NCBI GenBank assembly: GCA_041389625.1
Contig: JAWKRM010000007.1
Span: 70,667 to 134,666, forward strand
Origin: Polyangiales bacterium
GTDB taxonomy: Bacteria > Myxococcota_A > Polyangia > Polyangiales > JAWKRM01
DNA length: 64,000 nucleotides
Direction: 5' to 3'
The notes under the pieces: generated by a model
What the model saw: the letters and a program-made list of their open reading frames with translations, nothing else
Told to the model about the DNA's origin: nothing
Database searches by the model: none
In this document: positions 10,212-19,890 of the stretch, one piece after another
How the letters are laid out: each line of letters opens with the position of its first letter
Numbering within the stretch: position 1 is the first letter of the stretch
Program-made: the position numbers and the translations under genes

Positions 10212-11651
10212 ATGACGGAGCGGAGTCGGTCGCCCAGGGTCGTCGTGGTCGGCGGGGGGATCTCGGGTCTCGCCGCCGCACATCGCGTCCTCGAGCTCGA
10301 ACCATCCGCCGAGGTGACGCTCCTCGAGGGTGGCACGCGCGTGGGTGGCCTCCTCTCCACCGAGCACCACGACGGGTTCGTCATCGAGCACGGCCCCGAT
10401 GCGATTCTCACGGAGAAGCCGTGGGCCATCGACCTCGCACGGCGCCTTGGGCTCGAAGGCGAAATCGTGCGTACCCGGCCCGAGTACGGCGGCGCCTACC
10501 TCGTGGTGAACGGGAAGCTCGAGCGGGTACCCGATGGCTTTTCATTGCTCGCGCCGGGGCGTGTGCGCGCGTTTGTCCGGTCACCGGTGCTCTCGCCCTT
10601 CGGCAAGGCCCGTGCGCTCATGGACGTGGCCCTGCCGCGTCGCAAGGCGTTGGACGCGGACGAGAGCCTCGAGTCGTTTGTGGTGCGCCGCTTTGGGCGC
10701 GAAGTGTTCGAGCGCCTCGCCCAACCGTTGGTCGGCGGCATCTATGGCGCCGACCCGGCGGAACTCAGCCTGGCGTCCACCATGCCGCGCTTCCTCGACA
10801 TGGAGCGCCAACACCGAAGCCTCGTGCTCGCCCTGCGCCGCAAACACCGCGCCCACGTCAATGAGCTTGCCAGCGGCGCACGCTACGGCCTGTTTGTTTC
10901 CTTCCGACACGGGAACGGCACCTTCGTCGACGCCCTCGCGCAGAGGCTCGAGGGGCGCGTGCGTCTTGGCGCGCATGCGACAAGCATCATTCGCACCGAG
11001 GCCGGATACCGAGTTGGCGTGCGCGACCGGGAGCCGATGACGGCGGACGTCGTCGTGGTCGCACTTCCCGCCTGGGCCGCGGCGCCCGTCGTTGCAACGC
11101 TCGACCCGAGTCTCGGCGGGAGGCTCCTCGGGATCCCCTACGGATCATCGGCAGCGGTGGTCTTCGCCTGGAACGAGGCGGATATCCCCCATCCCCTCGA
11201 TGCCTACGGCTTTGTGGTCCCGTTGGTCGAAGGGCGCCGAATCATGGCGAGCACGTGGGCCAGTCGAAAGTGGCCGAACCGGGCGCCCGACGGCCGCGCA
11301 CTTCTGCGCGTGTTCCTCGGCGGCGTCGGGCACGAGCATCTCGTGGATCTCGACGATGCCGAACTCGCGCGCATCGCCCGGGGCGAGCTCCGGGATCTTC
11401 TCGGCGTCCGCGCAGAACCGCTCCTGACTCGCGTCGACCGCTACCGGCGCGCGATCCCACACTACACGCTTGGTCACCGAGAACGGGTTCTGGCCATCGA
11501 AGACCGCGTGGCGTCCCATCCCGGCCTCTTCCTCGCGGGGAACGCGTACCACGGCGTCGGAATCCCCGATTCGGTGAAGAGCGGTGAGCGCGCCGGCGAA
11601 GACGCCGTGCTGTGGTTCGCGGAGCGCGCGCGGGAAAACGCTTCGCGATAG
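10212..11651 (+). CDS. hemY: protoporphyrinogen/coproporphyrinogen III oxidase (HemY-type, FAD)
   Basis: FAD dinucleotide fold VVVVGGGISGLAAA; 479 aa; adjacent to hemE. Confidence 0.85.
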   Translation: MTERSRSPRVVVVGGGISGLAAAHRVLELEPSAEVTLLEGGTRVGGLLSTEHHDGFVIEHGPDAILTEKPWAIDLARRLGLEGEIVRTRPEYGGAYLVVNGKLERVPDGFSLLAPGRVRAFVRSPVLSPFGKARALMDVALPRRKALDADESLESFVVRRFGREVFERLAQPLVGGIYGADPAELSLASTMPRFLDMERQHRSLVLALRRKHRAHVNELASGARYGLFVSFRHGNGTFVDALAQRLEGRVRLGAHATSIIRTEAGYRVGVRDREPMTADVVVVALPAWAAAPVVATLDPSLGGRLLGIPYGSSAAVVFAWNEADIPHPLDAYGFVVPLVEGRRIMASTWASRKWPNRAPDGRALLRVFLGGVGHEHLVDLDDAELARIARGELRDLLGVRAEPLLTRVDRYRRAIPHYTLGHRERVLAIEDRVASHPGLFLAGNAYHGVGIPDSVKSGERAGEDAVLWFAERARENASR

Positions 11652-11699
11652 TCGTCCTCGCGGCGGGGTGCCGTTCGCGGGCGCCCGGTCCCCGTCGGT

Positions 11700-11939
11700 C
11701 TAGTTCTCGTCGAAGGGGTCCGCGTCCACGTGGCTTGCGCCGGGTACGCGGTAGCGCTCGTCGAGCCAATTCCCGAGATCAAGTTGCCGGCAACGGGCGG
11801 AACAGAACGGGAAGAATGAGCGATCCGTGCCCCCGGGTGCGCCCTTGGCCACGGGGGTTATCGGCAGAGGCTCTCCACAGCTGGGGCAGGTTGGTCGCGG
11901 CACGGGGCGGAACGTAACACGGCCGTCGTCACGTGCCAT
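11700..11939 (-). CDS. yacG: DNA gyrase inhibitor YacG (zinc finger)
   Basis: 3' part of listed ORF 11700..12188. MARDDGRVTFRPVPRPTCPSCGEP...FFPFCSARCRQLDLGNWLDE matches the YacG CxxC...PFCSxRCxxxDLGxW pattern. The start could instead be ATG 11951. Confidence 0.8.
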   Translation of the reverse strand: MARDDGRVTFRPVPRPTCPSCGEPLPITPVAKGAPGGTDRSFFPFCSARCRQLDLGNWLDERYRVPGASHVDADPFDEN

Positions 11940-13128
11940 GATGGGCGCCATGCGCGCGCGAGAGCGATGGTGGTCCCGCGACCCCGTGAACACGAGCCTC
12001 GTGGAAGGCCATCGCGTCGACCTGCTCCACGACGGCGAGCAGTGCTTCCCCGCGATGCTCGACGCCATCGCGCAGGCGGAGCGGGAAGTACTCGTCGACA
12101 TGTATTGGTTTGCGTCGGACGCGGTCGGGCGTCGATTTGCCGCTGCGCTTCGTGATCGTGCGGAGGCTGGGGTCCTCGTTCGCGTCATCTACGATTCCAT
12201 CGGTTCCCTCGGCGTGGACGAATCGATGTTCGACGCCATGCGCGAAGCCGGATGCGAAGTTTGCGAGTTCAACCCCGTCGCACCGTGGCGTCGGCGCCTG
12301 CGTCCCGAGGCGCTGACGCGACGTGATCATCGCAAGATGGTGATCGTCGACCGTCGGATCGGCTTCACGGGCGGCATCAACTTTGGCCTCGAGTGGGCGA
12401 GCGAAGCGGAAGGCGGGGGCGGTTGGCGTGACGACATGATTCGCGTCGAAGGACCCGCCGTCGCCGACCTCCGAAATGTGTTTTGCGATACATGGAATGG
12501 CCTTTCCGACGACGAACGGCTCGACGAGCGGCACACGGATTCCGATTCCGACGAGCAGGAACGTGTCGGGTCGTCCGGGACCGGTGCCGTTCGGGTGCTT
12601 ACCAACCACAGGCGCCGCATGCGCCGGGCGATTCGCTTGGCGTACCTCGTTCAAATTCGTCGCGCCCGCGCGTATGTGTACATTACGAATTCGTATTTCG
12701 TTCCCGACCGCGTCGTGCGCGCCGCGCTGGTCGCCGCGCGTCGCCGTGGGGTGGACGTTCGGGTGCTCGTGCCGGGCAAGAGCGACGTGCCGGCGGTCTT
12801 CTGGGCCACTCGCCACGTCTACGCACAGCTCCTCCGCGCCGGCATTCGCATCTTCGAATGGAACGAGAGCGTGCTCCACTCAAAGACCGCGGTGGTCGAC
12901 GGTGAGTGGTGCACCGTGGGGACGTACAACCTCGACTACCTCTCGTGGCGCAGCAATCTCGAAGTGAACGTCGCCGTGAGCGATGCCGCCGTCGCGTTGG
13001 CCATGCGCTTGCGGTTCGAGTCGGACATCGCGCGAAGTCACGAGGTTCGGCTCGAAGCTTTCCGCTTCCGGCCGCTCGTTGAACGATTTCTCGAGAGTTT
13101 CTTTTTCATGTTTCGTAAGCTTCTTTGA
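11938..13128 (+). CDS. phospholipase-D-family cardiolipin synthase (ClsB-like, no N-terminal TM)
   Basis: Internal ATG of listed ORF 11827..13128. Two HKD motifs, HRKMVIVD and HSKTAVVD. Start uncertain among 11938, 11941 and 11950. Confidence 0.8.
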   Translation: MMGAMRARERWWSRDPVNTSLVEGHRVDLLHDGEQCFPAMLDAIAQAEREVLVDMYWFASDAVGRRFAAALRDRAEAGVLVRVIYDSIGSLGVDESMFDAMREAGCEVCEFNPVAPWRRRLRPEALTRRDHRKMVIVDRRIGFTGGINFGLEWASEAEGGGGWRDDMIRVEGPAVADLRNVFCDTWNGLSDDERLDERHTDSDSDEQERVGSSGTGAVRVLTNHRRRMRRAIRLAYLVQIRRARAYVYITNSYFVPDRVVRAALVAARRRGVDVRVLVPGKSDVPAVFWATRHVYAQLLRAGIRIFEWNESVLHSKTAVVDGEWCTVGTYNLDYLSWRSNLEVNVAVSDAAVALAMRLRFESDIARSHEVRLEAFRFRPLVERFLESFFFMFRKLL

Positions 13129-13131
13129 GCC

Positions 13132-15155
13132 ATGCGGACTGCGCTCCCACCGTTGCTCCTGCTCGTCGGCGCGCTCCTTGGTTGCGGTGCGGAGAGCGGA
13201 CTCGAGCCGCGGTTTGTCGCCGTGCACAACGCAATGACGGCCATGGGGCTCGTGCAAACGGGGCCCATCGCCGAGGGCTCGCTCCCCGAAGGGCAGACCG
13301 TGCGTGTCGAAACACGCCTCGAGGTGGGGCAGTGCTACACGGTGCTCGGGCTCGGACACGCCGGAGTGCGCGACCTCGACATCCGCGTCGTGGAACCGAC
13401 GCAGGAAGAAATCGGTCGCGATGCCACGCGCGACGCGCAGGCGGCAAGTTGTCCCGCGCGAGCGGCACCCAGATCCTCGTGACCATGGTCGAGGAGGGCG
13501 CTCGGTCGCCATGTGGGCGACCCGGTCTCAAACGTTGGCCTCGCGCGCACCGACCGGCCACCGGTGGCATTCACGGCACGTGCTCGGATCCATCGCCATC
13601 GAGGTGGGCCAGACCGTCAAGGCGACACGCGCAGGGTCGGCCAACCTTCGCGGCTCCTGTGCCGCAGGGCCCACCCGAGCAGGTCTATCGGGTCCAACTC
13701 GACCAGCTGACCAAACTCTCGGCGACGATCAGACCGCGTTTGACGGTGCCATCTACATTCACCAGGAGTGTGGCGGCCAGCAGGCGAGGTGGCGTGCAAC
13801 GACGACGCTCCGAACCCACGCGATCGGAGGTGGAGGCGACGCTTCAACGTACTTTATTGTCGTGGACGGCTACGGCGAAGAGGCGGGCGGTACGAGCTCA
13901 CCCTCGTGTCGACGCCGCTTCGCGCAGTGGGCGAAGTGTGTGCAGACGCGCAGCGACTCGTTCCCGGCAAGCCCGTGAGCGGAACGACGCGCGGCTCGGC
14001 GGACTACTTCCAGGCGTCGTGCGCGGGTGGCTCCCGTTCCTCCGATCGTGTGTACCGCCTTGAGCTCCCCGTCGATCGCGCCTTCGCATTCGGCGGCAAA
14101 CCGACCACGACGGCTCGCTCTACATGCGCCGTGCATGCGATGACCCGTCGAGCGAGGTCATCTGCAACGACGATTTCCGGGACCAGCGGCACGCGCTCAT
14201 CACGGGCGTCTATGACGCGGGCGAGTACTACGTGTTCACCGATGGGTTCTCCCCGAGCCAGACGGGTAGCTACTCGGTCATGGCGGAACTCGCGCCGGAG
14301 GCGGGGGGGCGCGCGACGGGCGAAAGTTGCCGTGCCACGGGCGAGATCACGCCGGGCCGCATCGAGCGTGTCGATACCTTTGCCGCGGCGGACGACGCCA
14401 CGGGCTCCTGTGGTGGTGCGGGCGCGCCGGACGTGGCGCACAAGATCGTCGTGGGCACGAAGTCTCGTCTCCGGGTTTCCGTGCGCGACTCGGAGTTCCA
14501 CGGGTACGCGTATCTTCGGCGCGCGTGTGATGACGCGGGAAGTGAACTCGCCTGTACGCCCCTTCCCCTGGGCCGCGAAACCGCCATCGATGTGGAGGTG
14601 CCGGTGGGCGAGTACTTCCTCTTCATCGATGGGGCGACACCCGAGTCGTTCGGAAGTGCGCGGGTAGAGGTGCGCCTCGATGACCTCGCAGACCTCGCCC
14701 GCACGTGCCGCGCGGCGTTGCAGCTCCGGCCGGGCCGGAATTTCACGGGGACCACCGAAGGCGCCGCCGATTCCTTCCAGGCGCCGTGCGCCGGTGGTGC
14801 CCGTTCGCCGGATCGGGTCTACCGGTTGCGGGTTCCGCAGAAGTCCTTCGTGCGGGTGCGTCTCGCCACGGAACATGACGGAGCGCTCCACCTTCGGGGC
14901 GACTGCATGGATAGCGCTTCCACCCTTGCGTGCAGCGATGACTACGGAGACAGCAAGCACTCCGCCATCGAACAGGTGCTCGACAAGGGGACGTACTACG
15001 TCATCGTCGATGGCTTCCGAACCGGCAACTTCGGAAACTACGCCCTCGAAGTGGAGTTCCTACCGCCGTCGGCCGCCGCGACCTTGGCTCCGCCCCCCGA
15101 GCCGCCGAAGGGCGCTGAGAACAAGCCGAGCTTCGACGCCGACTGGACGCCCTAG
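13132..15155 (+). pseudogene. secreted lipoprotein with four PPC-like Cys-containing modules; reading frame broken many times between ~13440 and ~14103
   Basis: Lipoprotein signal MRTALPPLLLLVGALLGCG. Modules share GTT.G.AD.FQA.CAGG..S.DRVYRL.V...HDG.L.LR..C.D..SE.AC.DD...S.I...G.YY..DGF...G.Y.L.V. The conserved residues hop frames in this order: f2 SIAIEVGQTVKATRAGSANLRGSCAAGPT; f0 PEQVYRVQLDQLTKLSATI; f2 DQTAFDGAIYIHQECGGQ; f1 GEVACNDDAPNPRDRR; f0 SEVEATLQR; f2 TYFIVVDGYGEEAGG; f1 RYELTLVSTPL...DRVYRLELPVDRAFAFGGKP; f0 DHDGSLYMRRACDD. The frame is intact from 14103 to the stop at 15155 (listed ORF 14124..15155). Confidence 0.7.
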
Positions 15156-16333
15156 CTCGTTAGCTCTCCCACGGTGGCGACCAGTCGACGGGCGCAGCGT
15201 TCGTCGGTGGTGGGGCCATGCTCGCGCTCGCATTGTTGGTGCGCGGCGCAGGCGTGGGGGCCGGAGCCACGGGGGTGAGTGCGTCCCAGATCGGCGCGCT
15301 TGTCGGTTCTTCGATCGTCGCCTCCGGCGGCACTCGGTCCGGGCGCCGGTGTCACCGCGTCGGGCGCGATCATCGGAGCGGACGATTCGGCGAGCATGGC
15401 GCGCACGGTGGCGAGGGCGTCGTTCCGCATGGTTTCCGCCTGTGCGGGCGTGAGCGCCGCATCGTCCTTCGCGAAGGGAGTCGCGGTCGCGACCACCGCC
15501 GGTTCGGGCGTGGGCGCAGCCGCTTCCGTGGGCGCTGGGCTCGCGGCCGGCGCGACGGGGGCTTCCCGGAGTGCCGCAGTCTGCTCCGTGAGCGCGGCCA
15601 GTGCTTCGCGTACACGCGAAAGCGTATCGTTGCGGACGGCGACCGCCGTCGTGTCGGTCGGTGCCGCGGCCGGGTCGTCGATCGGCGCTTCCGCCGCCGC
15701 GGCCACGGGGTCCACCGGACCCTTTTGCGTGTACCTCGGCTTCTGACCTGGGCCGCTTTCGTCCACCCACGAGTACGACTCCGCGCGCACGTCGACGTGC
15801 GTGAAGATACTGTTCGGGTAGTAGCCGACGCCCGTGCCCGGAATCGTCTTGGCGAAGGCGACGACGTCTTCCTTGCTTACGCCGTCCACCTGGAAGTCGA
15901 TCGCTTCGCCGTGGCGATGACGACTACCCTTGCGCGCCGTCGGACGGTAGCCCGATACGATGCTGAATCGGTGTCCGGGCCAACGGTCGGCGATGGCCTG
16001 GAGGCGCGTGAGGAGCCGCGCGTCGAGCCGGAGGATTCCGTCCGCGACTTCCTCGTCCTTCGGACCGTTGAGCGACTCGGGGCGATCCGTTCCGTTCGGC
16101 CGCGCGAGGATGCTGAGCTCGTCGAGCGCCTCCAGGTTCGGCTGACCCGTGCAGGTCGTCAGCGTGAGCGAAGCTTGCTCGATGTGCCTCGGTCCGAAGA
16201 CGCGCGCGACCTCGACGGAGGCGGGCGGCTTGCAGCTCGATCGGGGGCGGTTGGCCGCGGCCGGGGCGATGGGGCCGACCAGGGCGATGAGCAGGAGGAG
16301 GGCGAGGCCGACTTCGTGCCGAGCGTACATCAT
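15152..16333 (-). CDS. YcbK/DUF882 (peptidase M15A) family protein with Ala/Pro-rich tail
   Basis: Internal ATG (MMYARHEVGLALLLLIALVG signal/anchor) of listed ORF 15152..16369. Zinc-ligand pattern SRHRHGEAIDF...FTHVDVR. The last ~60 codons are uncertain because an alternative frame reads more protein-like. Confidence 0.7.
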   Translation of the reverse strand: MMYARHEVGLALLLLIALVGPIAPAAANRPRSSCKPPASVEVARVFGPRHIEQASLTLTTCTGQPNLEALDELSILARPNGTDRPESLNGPKDEEVADGILRLDARLLTRLQAIADRWPGHRFSIVSGYRPTARKGSRHRHGEAIDFQVDGVSKEDVVAFAKTIPGTGVGYYPNSIFTHVDVRAESYSWVDESGPGQKPRYTQKGPVDPVAAAAEAPIDDPAAAPTDTTAVAVRNDTLSRVREALAALTEQTAALREAPVAPAASPAPTEAAAPTPEPAVVATATPFAKDDAALTPAQAETMRNDALATVRAMLAESSAPMIAPDAVTPAPGPSAAGGDDRRTDKRADLGRTHPRGSGPHACAAHQQCEREHGPTTDERCARRLVATVGELTS

Positions 16334-16397
16334 CCTACATCCGTACCAGTGGCCACGGTCCGCGGGCAAAAAAGCCGCCGGCGCGTCCGGTGAAGGG

Positions 16398-17327
16398 CTA
16401 GGAATTCACTGCGCTTTTCGCGCTCGCGGAGGGGGCATCCAGGACGCCGCGAATCGCGCCCGTCACCAGGTCTGGCACCTCCTCCTGAAGGAAGTGCCCC
16501 GCGTTCGACTCGTAGACCTTCGCGTCCGGGAGCAACTCGATGTGCCGCGTGAGGGCACGCCCGAGGATGGGATCGCGCGTGCCCCACACGAGTGCCGATG
16601 GCCCCATGAACCCCTCCACCCACGCGCCCACTTCGTCGATGGTCGGCGTGGACGGATGCGTCTCCGCATTTGGCACCATGCGTGCGAGGGCGAGCGGCCC
16701 TGCGCGATCGCGCACGCGCTCAAAGGGCCAGCGGTAGGCGCGCTTCTCCTGGGTGCCGATGGTGCTCCGGTCGCCCTGCACGTAGTCGAGGAACGGAATC
16801 GGAAAGTTCCCCAGACGGAACAGGACGTCCGAGGCCAGGGGCACGCGCGCGAGTCGATGAAATGCTTTTGTGCGGAAAGGTCGCTTCGGTCGGAGCACGG
16901 CGGTGTTCGCAAAGACCAGGCCGTGCACACGCGTCCGCGAACGCGCGCCGACGCCCGCAGCGACGGGCCCACCCCAATCCTGCCCGACGAGGGTGATGTC
17001 AGGGAGCTCGAGTGCGTCCACGAGTTTGCCCATCAAGCGAACGTGCCTGTCGAGCGAGTGCTCTCGAACGCGGAGAGGTTTGTCGCTAAGCCCGAAGCCG
17101 AGTAGGTCCGGTGCGATCACGCGGACGTGACCCTCGAGGCGGGCGATGACCTTCCGCCACACGTAGCTCCACGTTGGGTTGCCGTGGAGAAGCAGCACCG
17201 CCGGCCCCGAACCGTGGTCGACGAAGTGGATCCGTTGGCCTTCCACATGGGCCATGCGCCGTTCGAAGGGCATCGCCGCCTCGAGCCACGATGGAAGCGC
17301 CGGTGCGCCGTCGAAGGTGACATCCAT
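16398..17327 (-). CDS. haloalkane-dehalogenase-like alpha/beta hydrolase
   Basis: HGNPTWSYVWRKVI motif and nucleophile elbow LVGQDWGG; 309 aa. Confidence 0.8.
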   Translation of the reverse strand: MDVTFDGAPALPSWLEAAMPFERRMAHVEGQRIHFVDHGSGPAVLLLHGNPTWSYVWRKVIARLEGHVRVIAPDLLGFGLSDKPLRVREHSLDRHVRLMGKLVDALELPDITLVGQDWGGPVAAGVGARSRTRVHGLVFANTAVLRPKRPFRTKAFHRLARVPLASDVLFRLGNFPIPFLDYVQGDRSTIGTQEKRAYRWPFERVRDRAGPLALARMVPNAETHPSTPTIDEVGAWVEGFMGPSALVWGTRDPILGRALTRHIELLPDAKVYESNAGHFLQEEVPDLVTGAIRGVLDAPSASAKSAVNS

Positions 17328-17422
17328 CCCCTAAAGACCTAGGGCATCGGCCCCTCGAAAGTCAAAAAAGCACATGGTTTCGCTCCCCTGCGTGGGCCTT
17401 CCCGGACCGCTATGCTGGGGCC

Positions 17423-18454
17423 GTGAGCCGCGTGGTCGACGCCGAATACAGCGATCCCCTCGATGCCGTTTGGCTCGCGACGGCGCGGCGCATCGGCCTC
17501 CGCGTGGTGCGCTCCGCCGACGTCTACGCCTCGACGGACGGCCGCGGCACGCTCCTCATCGCCGACGCCACATCCATGGATGCGGACGATTGCCTTGCGC
17601 AGATGATCTTCCACGAGCTCTGCCACTCGCTCGTGCAGGGACCCGACTCGTTTCGGTTGACGGATTGGGGCCTCGACAACGAATCCGATCAGCACCTCGA
17701 ACGCGAGCATGCGTGCCTGCGTACGCAGGCGGCGTTGCTCGACGACTACGGGCTGCGCCACGTCCTGGCGCCGACCACGGATCACCGTGCGTTCTACGAC
17801 GCGCTCGGCGCCGTGCCTTTCGAGGATGGTCGGGATCCTTCTTCGGTGCTCGCGCGGAAAGCATACCTTCGTGCCGATCGCGAGCCCTGGGGCCCGCACC
17901 TCCGCGACGCGCTCAGCGCAACCCAGAAACTCCTTCGCGTGGTCGGTGCATTCGCACGCACGGATCCGAAATCGCTCCTAGGGCGCTCGGCCGCCGTGGA
18001 TCTCCACACCGTGGGCGGGCCCGTGCACCCGGACGAGTCGCTCACCTGCGGCACCTGTGCCTGGCGGCACGATTCGTCGCGCAGCGTGGGCCGGAGCCGC
18101 TGCCGAAAACACCCTGGAGTGCGCATCGATGCAAGCATGCGTGCCTGCGTGCGATGGGAGGCCGTCTTCGACTGCCAAGATTGCGGTGCGTGCTGCCGTG
18201 AGGCGTATACGGCGGTCGAAGTGAAGCGAACGGAACCCGTGGTGACGCGTTATCCCGACCTTGTCGTTCGTGAGGGCAAGTACCTTCACCTCCGTCGCGC
18301 GGGTGAGCGCTGCGCCGCCCTCGAGGGTGGCCGCACCCCGGCCGAGCAGTACACCTGCCGCATCTACGACGACCGGCCGAGCACCTGCCGCGAGTTCGCC
18401 CTCGCGAGTCCAAACTGTCTCGACGCCCGCCGCGCCGTGGGGCTGAGCCGATAG
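17423..18454 (+). CDS. hypothetical protein: N-terminal HExxH-containing domain fused to a YkgJ-type (CxxCxxCC) Cys-cluster domain
   Basis: FHELCH at about aa 64. C-terminal FDCQDCGACCREAY...CAAL...YTCRIYDDRPSTCREF resembles the UPF0153/YkgJ zinc/iron-chelating domain. Confidence 0.6.
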   Translation: MSRVVDAEYSDPLDAVWLATARRIGLRVVRSADVYASTDGRGTLLIADATSMDADDCLAQMIFHELCHSLVQGPDSFRLTDWGLDNESDQHLEREHACLRTQAALLDDYGLRHVLAPTTDHRAFYDALGAVPFEDGRDPSSVLARKAYLRADREPWGPHLRDALSATQKLLRVVGAFARTDPKSLLGRSAAVDLHTVGGPVHPDESLTCGTCAWRHDSSRSVGRSRCRKHPGVRIDASMRACVRWEAVFDCQDCGACCREAYTAVEVKRTEPVVTRYPDLVVREGKYLHLRRAGERCAALEGGRTPAEQYTCRIYDDRPSTCREFALASPNCLDARRAVGLSR

Positions 18455-18467
18455 ACCGACGCGCGGC

Positions 18468-19540
18468 TCACGCCCCGCGCGTGCGGACGAGGATCGCTTT
18501 CAGGTAGTCGCCCTCGGGGAAGGCGAGGAGGCGAGGGTGATCGGGCGGCGCACCCCACCTGTCGAGCACTTGGAGTACGTCGTCCGTCGTCGATGCGGCG
18601 TCGGTGACCGACGTTTCAAACTCCGGCATGCGCACATGGCTCGAACACGACGCCGCAAGGTAGAACCCCCCCGGCTCAAGGATGGAGAGGCACGCCGCGT
18701 GGAGCTTTCGGTAGCTTTCGAGCGCGGCGGGTACAGCATCTTCGCTCGGTGCGAAATTCGGCGGATCCGAGACGATGAGGTCGTAGGTCCGCCCCGCCTC
18801 CACTGCGCGGTGGAGAAACGCTGGCACGTCCTCGGCGAAGGTGCCGTGGGTGCCCGCGTCGAGCCCGTTCAGTGCGAAGTTCCGCTGCGCCATCTCGACG
18901 GCGTCGGCGGAGATGTCCACCGTATCCACATGCGCGGCGCCACCGAGGGCGGCGGCCACGGAGAAGCCGCCCGTATAGCCGTACAGGTTCAACACCCGTG
19001 CGCCCTTCGACATGGCACGGACACGCGCGCGTGACTCCCGCTGATCGAGGAAGAGCCCTGCTCTCTTCTGTCCGCGCAGCACATCGGCGTGGGAGCTTCA
19101 TGTCGTGCTCGGTGATCACGAGCGGTGCGTTCGGTAACGCACCGCGGAGTGCCTCTAGCACGGGCGCGTCGCCTTTCTTTCCCGTTCGAAGGAGGAGATG
19201 GTCGACGCCGCGTGCCGTGAGCACCGGCATGAGCGCGTCCGCGATGCGTTCGGTCCAGCGCGTGATGCCCGTGCCATCGAGGCGCAGGACGGCATGTGCG
19301 CCGTACACATCGACGATGACGTTCGGCGTCGAGTCCCCTTCCCCGTGAAGCAGGCGGTAGGCGTCCGTGTTCGGGGGCACGCACTGCATCCGGGAGTCGG
19401 GCCGCTGTTCTGAACCGTGCGCGAAGGAGCGCGTCGTCCACCGGCTCGTCCCGGAGCGTCCACACCCGCACCCCGATGGGGCCGCCGTCGGCGATGCCCT
19501 GCGCGAGGAACTCGCCCGAGGGGTCCGTCACCGTCACCAC
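18468..19540 (-). pseudogene. RlmI/RlmK-like SAM-dependent rRNA methyltransferase, split over three frames
   Basis: The methyltransferase core is in ORF 18468..19082 (VLNLYGYTGGFSVAAALGGA, DLIVSDPP). The middle part is in the frame of ORF 18676..19389 (TDAYRLLHGEGDSTPNVIVDVYGAHAVLRL). The PUA-like N-terminus is in the frame of ORF 18989..19540 (MVTVTDPSGEFLAQGIADGGPIGVRVWTL). Junctions lie at ~19092 (one surplus base between ...EHDMKL and HADVLRGQK) and ~19390-19400. Confidence 0.65.
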
Positions 19541-19890
19541 GTCCCCGGCCGTGCCTGGCGGGTCCCGAAGGGCGTTCCGCCAAACCTATGGATGCCCCGC
19601 GGAGAGGAACCGCTCGATGCGTTTTTCCAGGCGAATTCGACGAATTTCCGGCATGGCGCGCGCTCCAGGCGGGCATCCAATGCGCCGTCGGGGCCCCCGG
19701 AGGATCGCACGCCCCGGCCCTGGACGCCGGAAATCGCCGGTGCACCACACGCTCCCGATCACGACCGGGGCGGCACCGCTAGGCGCCCGAAATCCCAAGC
19801 ACTTCTCGGCTCCAACGACCTTCCGGTGCCCGCTCGCGGGTGAGAGGTCGCGGGAAGTGCAGAAAAAAACCGGAACCTAAGGAGAGAGCC

